Shown piece after piece: positions 57,975 to 64,000 of a stretch of 64,000 bases of DNA. The position numbers were made by a program, and so were the translations under genes. Positions within the stretch are counted from its first letter, which is position 1. The number at the start of each line of letters is the position of its first letter. Below the pieces are notes generated by a model. It was given only the letters and a program-made list of their open reading frames with translations. It did no database searches and was not told the origin of the DNA. The stretch is from Eledone cirrhosa (taxonomy: Eukaryota): positions 70,804,001 through 70,868,000 of the forward strand of contig OZ024745.1 of assembly GCA_964016885.1 (NCBI GenBank), written 5' to 3'.

Positions 57975-58359
57975 TGCATTGTCGGACAACATGCTTTGCG
58001 ACATAGAGTTGCGTCCCTTTACATTCTGGATTCAAATCCCGCCGAGATTAGCTTTGCTTTTCATCCTTACGGGGTCGATAAAATAAAGTACCGGTAATGT
58101 ATTGGGTTGATTTAATCGATTCTCCCTCCCCGCAAAATTACTGTCCTTGTGTCTATAGTAGAAATCATTATTACTTTGAATGCATTGGCAGTATCGGTAG
58201 AGAGTCGGACGCCATGCTTTCCAGCATAGTTACGTCCCTTTACGATCTGAGTTCAAATCCCGCCGAGGTTGACTTTGCCTTTCATCCTTACGGGGTCGAT
58301 ATAATAAAGTACCAGTAATGCACTGGGTAATTGCTGGCCTTGTGCCTAAAGTAGAAATA
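57975..58359 (+). mobile_element. Tandem family A SINEs; the younger copy (58184-58359) is inserted at the tail of the older
   Basis: 17-bp TSD attattactttgaatgc at 58167-58183 and 58360-58376. Confidence 0.88.
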
Positions 58360-59345
58360 ATTATTACTTTGAATGCTTCAAAATATGTGAATGCTCTCAC
58401 TATAAAAGTAGAAGTAACAATTTATGTTTCTAAAATCACACATAATTGTATTTTCAATCAGTATAAAAATACTAAGAATGTGTGAATGTGTGTCTGTATG
58501 TGTGCGTGTGTTTGTGTGTGCGATTGATATAGTCCTCGTATAGGCTAAGACATCGTTAAACAGAGTTTCATGCCGCAGAATCATCGGATTAATACTGTTT
58601 GCGTGTTTTACTAAAATATAAGTGGAATATATTTTCGTGACCACACGTGGACATAACTACATTTTTGTTCAGACTGTTTGCTGTTGTAATATTTATAATG
58701 TTTCATCGATATAGAGAAAGGAAAAGGTTTTGTCGTCAATGTATTTGTAGCTGGAGACTAAAATAGACTAAAACAGACCATGAGCTTTTATAATTAGTGT
58801 TTTCTCCTTTAGTTGCCATATGTATCTCGAGAGACATGTTACGTTCTTACTTACGTATTTAAAAGTAGAATTGTAGTTGGCATACCGTCTCTTAAAGTGT
58901 CCCTCACACACAAACATATCTATGCATAAATTAGTGCTATCTAACCCTAGATCGAGAAAAATCACATCAGCTCGGAAATCAGTAGTTTTAGAAAAGTATT
59001 GCTATCAAGGGATCATAATTCGGCGATTGTACAGTTATGTATCAAAGATTATATCGTCATCCACTACTTTGTTATAATACGATAGCGGGTTACCGTAATA
59101 TTACTGGGATATGGTGCAGTTTAAATAAGCGCCAAGTCAATGATTGAAATGCTATAGCTGTTTAAATCTGAAATTTGTTTACACAAATTGTCGTTTGATT
59201 TGTGTGTGTTTTTTTTATTTTATATGTCTCTACAATTCTGCAAGTACAGCCTTAACCTCATAATTTTCCCCTCTTTCTTTCTCTCTCTAACTTCCTTTTT
59301 CTTTTCGTATTACGTATTCATTCTTCCATATATATATATGTATAT

Positions 59346-59384
<39 letters not shown>

Positions 59385-59388
59385 TGTC

Positions 59389-59466
<78 letters not shown>

Positions 59467-59468
<2 letters not shown>

Positions 59469-59585
59469 TCCAGGGTTCAAAAGGGGGTAAAAGCAATAAG
59501 TAAGGTTCTCAATACATTAGTAGAGTGTAAACATCAAATTTAATATGGAAATGGCTTCTAGACTGTAGAAGCTATTTCTATATTA

Positions 59586-59590
<5 letters not shown>
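59467..59590. mobile_element. Divergent family C foldback end between (TG)n and (TA)n
   Basis: taagtaaggttctcaatacat..agagtgtaaa matches family C. Palindrome aaatttaatatggaaatggcttcta gactg tagaagctatttctatattaaattt. Confidence 0.65.
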
Positions 59591-59651
<61 letters not shown>

Positions 59652-60149
59652 GTGTGCGTATGGCTGTGTGTGTGTGGCTGTGTGTGTGTGTGGCTGTGTA
59701 TGTGTATGTCTGTGTGCGTGTGTGATTCCTCTCCTACTTCCAATATTATATCTATTATATATGTACTATAATTTCCTTCATCCATGCTCATTTCCACCAA
59801 AGCCTTTATCTTTTTAAATGTTCTTAGTGTTGCCTACGTCACTTCCTCTTTCCATTCTTCTCTTTCTCCTCCTCCTGTTTTACATTAAATTATTTGTTTA
59901 ATTATTTATCTATTTATTTATTTATTCTACTTTTCAAATAAATCTTTATAATTTCTTATTCAGTCTTTTTGTCTTTCCAAGCTCTCGTTCTATTTCTATC
60001 TTTATATACCTCTTTCTCTCTCACTTGCTCATTCTCTCTCTCTCACTCTCTCTCTCACTCTTTCTCTCTTTCTATATATCTATCTATCTCTGTCATTATC
60101 TCTCTCTCACACTGTCTATCTGTCTATCTATCTATCTACTTCTCTCTCA

Positions 60150-60212
<63 letters not shown>

Positions 60213-60553
60213 TATCTCCCTCTTCATCTCTCTTTCTATATATCTATCTCTCTCTCATTATCTCTCTCTCTTACTCCCTCTCTCTCTCACACTGTCTATC
60301 TATCTACTTCTCTCTCACTATCTCTCTCTCTCTCTCTGTCTCTCCCTCTATCTCCCTCTTAATCTCTCTCTCTATATAACTCTCCTTTTCCTTTCTTTGT
60401 AGGTAAATCGGGCCGTTTCTCTCATTTACTCTTTTTAACCGTCCCACTATTCTTCATTATTCTTTTCTTTCTTTCTCTTTCCCTTTCTCTCTGTGAATGG
60501 TGCCTTTGTCGCTCCTACCTTTATATATTTCATTCCTCCTCCTACTGCTATAA

Positions 60554-60609
<56 letters not shown>

Positions 60610-60653
60610 CATAATCATCCTCATCATTATCATCATCATCATCATCATCATTA

Positions 60654-60687
<34 letters not shown>

Positions 60688-61277
60688 AATCATTATTATT
60701 ATTCCCCCATCCTTCCACCACCTCTAGGTAATGGCATTTGCCTTCCTGCTTTCTTCCTTCTCTTTCTTCTTCTTTTTTTTTCTCAATTTTCAAATTATTT
60801 AGAGACAGAAATGGAAAACCCGTGTTGGGGGGAAAATGTGTTGAATTTGTTTTATTTTGTTTTTATTCGTGACTACTTCGGCTCCTCATGTTTATCGGAT
60901 TCACTAACGTCTTCTAAAGAAACAAGTAAAAAATTAAACCCTTACACTCTCAAATGACAAATTTGTAAGTAATTTGTTATGATTTAATCTAATATGTTTA
61001 TTCACTATAATATGTTTGTTTCCTATTGTTTGCCTCAGATATACAGAACTGTCTAAATTATAACAGTAAATTTTCACGTGTATCTTAGTAATATAATATA
61101 CTATAAAGTAATATATAATAGAATGATGAGCTCCGGTCGGACTTTAAATATGATAGATTTATAGGCAATTATAAAGTCGTCTATTATTAAAGAAGATTCC
61201 AAATGTTGTTCTAATTGTGTTTTAAGAATTGCAATGATTATAATAGACAAACACAGAGAGGGTGAGAGAGAGGAAGT

Positions 61278-61350
<73 letters not shown>

Positions 61351-61595
61351 TTGCACATACTTCATATATCATATGTATAAATATATATATATAATCTTGT
61401 CGATATACATGTATATTTTTCGAATGATAAATTTTAACTTCATATATATGCATATATATATATAGAGAGAGAGAGGGAGATAGAGAGAGAAAGAGGGAGA
61501 TATATAGATTGATAGATAGATGTGTGTCTGTGTATACTAGGCTTTGTATGTGAGTGTATTCATGTTCATAAATTTACATACATGTGTAGGTAAAC

Positions 61596-61628
<33 letters not shown>

Positions 61629-61708
61629 CACATATATATATATACATATATATATAAACATATATATATACATATATATAAACATATATATATATATACA
61701 TATATATG

Positions 61709-61794
<86 letters not shown>

Positions 61795-61798
<4 letters not shown>

Positions 61799-61988
61799 AA
61801 CCAGTAAGACCCCGACGGCTGAGCTCAAGCCGTTTCGACGGCTAATTCTGGAATAAGTCCAGAATTAGCCGTCGAAACGGCTTGAGCTCAGCCGTCGGGG
61901 TCTTACTAGTTCCTATTACCCACTCTACTACCCTAAGTATTGAGTACTTTGGTGCGTTATGGTCCACCTGGTTCCTTACCACATTTCG

Positions 61989-61990
<2 letters not shown>
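61795..61990 (+). mobile_element. Family B palindromic Penelope-like end in (TA)n
   Basis: 58-bp arms 61795-61852 and 61858-61915 (one mismatch). Carries GAA ACGGCT tgagctc AGCCGT C gggg. Confidence 0.78.
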
Positions 61991-62045
<55 letters not shown>

Positions 62046-62401
62046 AGTGAGAAATATGTATAAATATATATTTATTAGTGAAATATACCCACTTTGTATC
62101 TTACCATGTATCCAGTACTTCTTTGATTTGTGGTCTATGCTTCTATTCAGATATGACGAGGTGATGTTTCATTAAGCTTTCTCGAGATTTAAAACATAAA
62201 ACAATGTCTTCGGCCATCTTGCTTATTGATTTTACGACGTTACTTTTTTTGTTTTGTTTACTTTTTTGTGTTTTCGTTTGTTTCTTTTCTCACCTAGGTT
62301 CTTGTTTGTTTTTTTTTTTGCTTTTTTTTTTGGGGGGGGGGGGGGGTTGTTGACTGAAATGAAGCGATGGAAATATTTAGCGAAAATGACAAACAAACAA
62401 T

Positions 62402-62600
62402 AGTGGTTTCTGATTTTGGGAACTGGGTCAACAATTTAGGGAGGTAGTGAACATCGCCTAAATCAACCCCAGTGTGTGACCGGTGCTTTATTTTATCGAC
62501 CCGTAAGGATGAAAAGGAAAGCTAACCTCAGCGGGATTTGAAATCAGGACGTAAAGGGCCGTAACTCATGTTGTCCGACGCCCTACCGATATTGCCAATC
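62402..62600 (-). mobile_element. Family A SINE (long-tail form)
   Basis: Homologous to 12418-12640. Confidence 0.78.
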
Positions 62601-62919
62601 TTTACCCCTTATTAACAATAATAGTAATAATAATAATAATTGTTTCTAGATTAGGCACGAGACCTAATAATAATAATATCAAAGCGAGATAGCGTCAATT
62701 TGGAATTTAATGTTTCACGCTCCTGCGATCGGAAATTCAATGGCATAACACTGCTCTACTTGTTGATAGCATATCGACCAGCAATATATTGTTATCGATT
62801 CTAATCATACAGCACCTCTTATCTAGCAATAGTTCTGGTACATCTTTGTTTTCATTATATGGATACATACATACATACATACATACATACATACATACAT
62901 ACATACATACATACATACA

Positions 62920-62950
<31 letters not shown>

Positions 62951-63001
62951 TTGTGTGTGTACGTATGTATGTATGAATTCATACAATTATATATGTATAT
63001 A

Positions 63002-63182
63002 GGCGGTGAATTGGCAGTATCAGTAGAGGGTCGGACACCATGCTTTCCAGCATAGTTACGTCCCTTTACTATCTGAGTTCAAATCCCGCCGAGGTTGACT
63101 TTGCCTTTCATCCTTACGGGGTCGATAAAATAAAGTACCAGTAATGCACTGGGTAATTGCTGGCCTTGTGCCTAAAGTAGAA
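63002..63182 (+). mobile_element. Full-length young family A SINE with 19-bp TSD
   Basis: acaattatatatgtatata at 62983-63001 and 63183-63201. tRNA-like A/B boxes intact. Confidence 0.9.
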
Positions 63183-64000
63183 ACAATTATATATGTATAT
63201 ATTTTTGCATGATTACATTTATGTATATATGTATTATAAAGGAAATTGTACAAACTAAATTACGGGTAAAACACTTTAAACATTTCATATAACATTGGGG
63301 TGCGGGAAACGTTCGTTTATGGTACTTTCTAGAGTCTTCACGACTTGTGGGGAGGAGATGCTAAAGGCACCCAAGAGACACTTGGTGGAGTTAAAGTAAC
63401 GGACCAGGCATTAAGTTTATTTCCCAGGTAGGGTGCAATGTTATTTTTACTCAGACGGCAAAAGGAACCGGCACAAACACAGCACAGCATCTCGTAATAC
63501 GACAAGAGTATTATTTATTACGAGACTGTGATTTTATATGAAACTAAAACTTTATACGAAACTAAGGCTTCATGCACTTCAGCATTTGATCCGTTGTCAT
63601 GGTTATAACTTTCAGGAAGAAATTTCTGAATTATCTATTTTAGGAATGTTCTCACCTACCTCACCAGAGGTCAAAGAGACCAACAGATCTAAATCATAAA
63701 ATAGCTAAATTTTCTCCGCTTCTGTACTTAATATGTACTCTGTGAAACATTTCAATCCTGTATAGTGAAAAACCATGTTATCATTTTACGATATATATTA
63801 TTAAAATATTCCACTATGTAGCTTCATGTGAGAACGTTACGACACAAAGTCAGATTTTGTCCAATGGAATTTATAATAACGAGATATTCCGTTTTATAAC
63901 AAAATTGGCAGACGTGTAATTACAATATTATCGAACGAATTATATGGATTTAATGGGTGATTTTGAAAGATATAAAATTACAGTTTTTAGACTGTATTAT

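Noticed and set aside
63002-63090. tRNA genes
   Set aside because: A/B-box-like sequences are SINE heads continuous with the SINE body; no cloverleaf.
63660-63758. Minus-strand exon (tatacag|...gag|gtaggt)
   Set aside because: Splice signals are only moderate and no coding frame was recognised; unsupported without transcripts.

Overview
AT-rich, microsatellite-saturated eukaryotic DNA, almost certainly non-coding/intronic. The SINE families resemble those of octopod cephalopods (inference from recalled repeat consensus, not a database search). There is one 200-N scaffold gap and no credible intact protein-coding ORF: nearly all ORF-track entries are translations of (TA)n, (CA)n, (CT)n or (TACA)n. 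Real content: >20 copies of tRNA-derived SINEs (young copies with 10-19 bp TSDs), decayed RTE and CRE-clade LINE fragments, hAT-type MITEs, a 1.2-kb long-TIR element, several satellites, and two candidate minus-strand 5' exons near 22.2-25.2 kb. The most notable signal is a set of short retroelement ends sitting inside (TA)n tracts. They carry type I hammerhead ribozyme motifs: complete at 2896-2946 (-) and 54348-54434 (-), core intact but stem I broken at 13826-13870 (+), and 3' halves in four more copies. They are repeatedly folded back into near-perfect palindromes whose axis lies in or next to the ribozyme, consistent with Penelope-like element pseudo-LTRs or non-autonomous retrozyme-like derivatives that target (TA)n.
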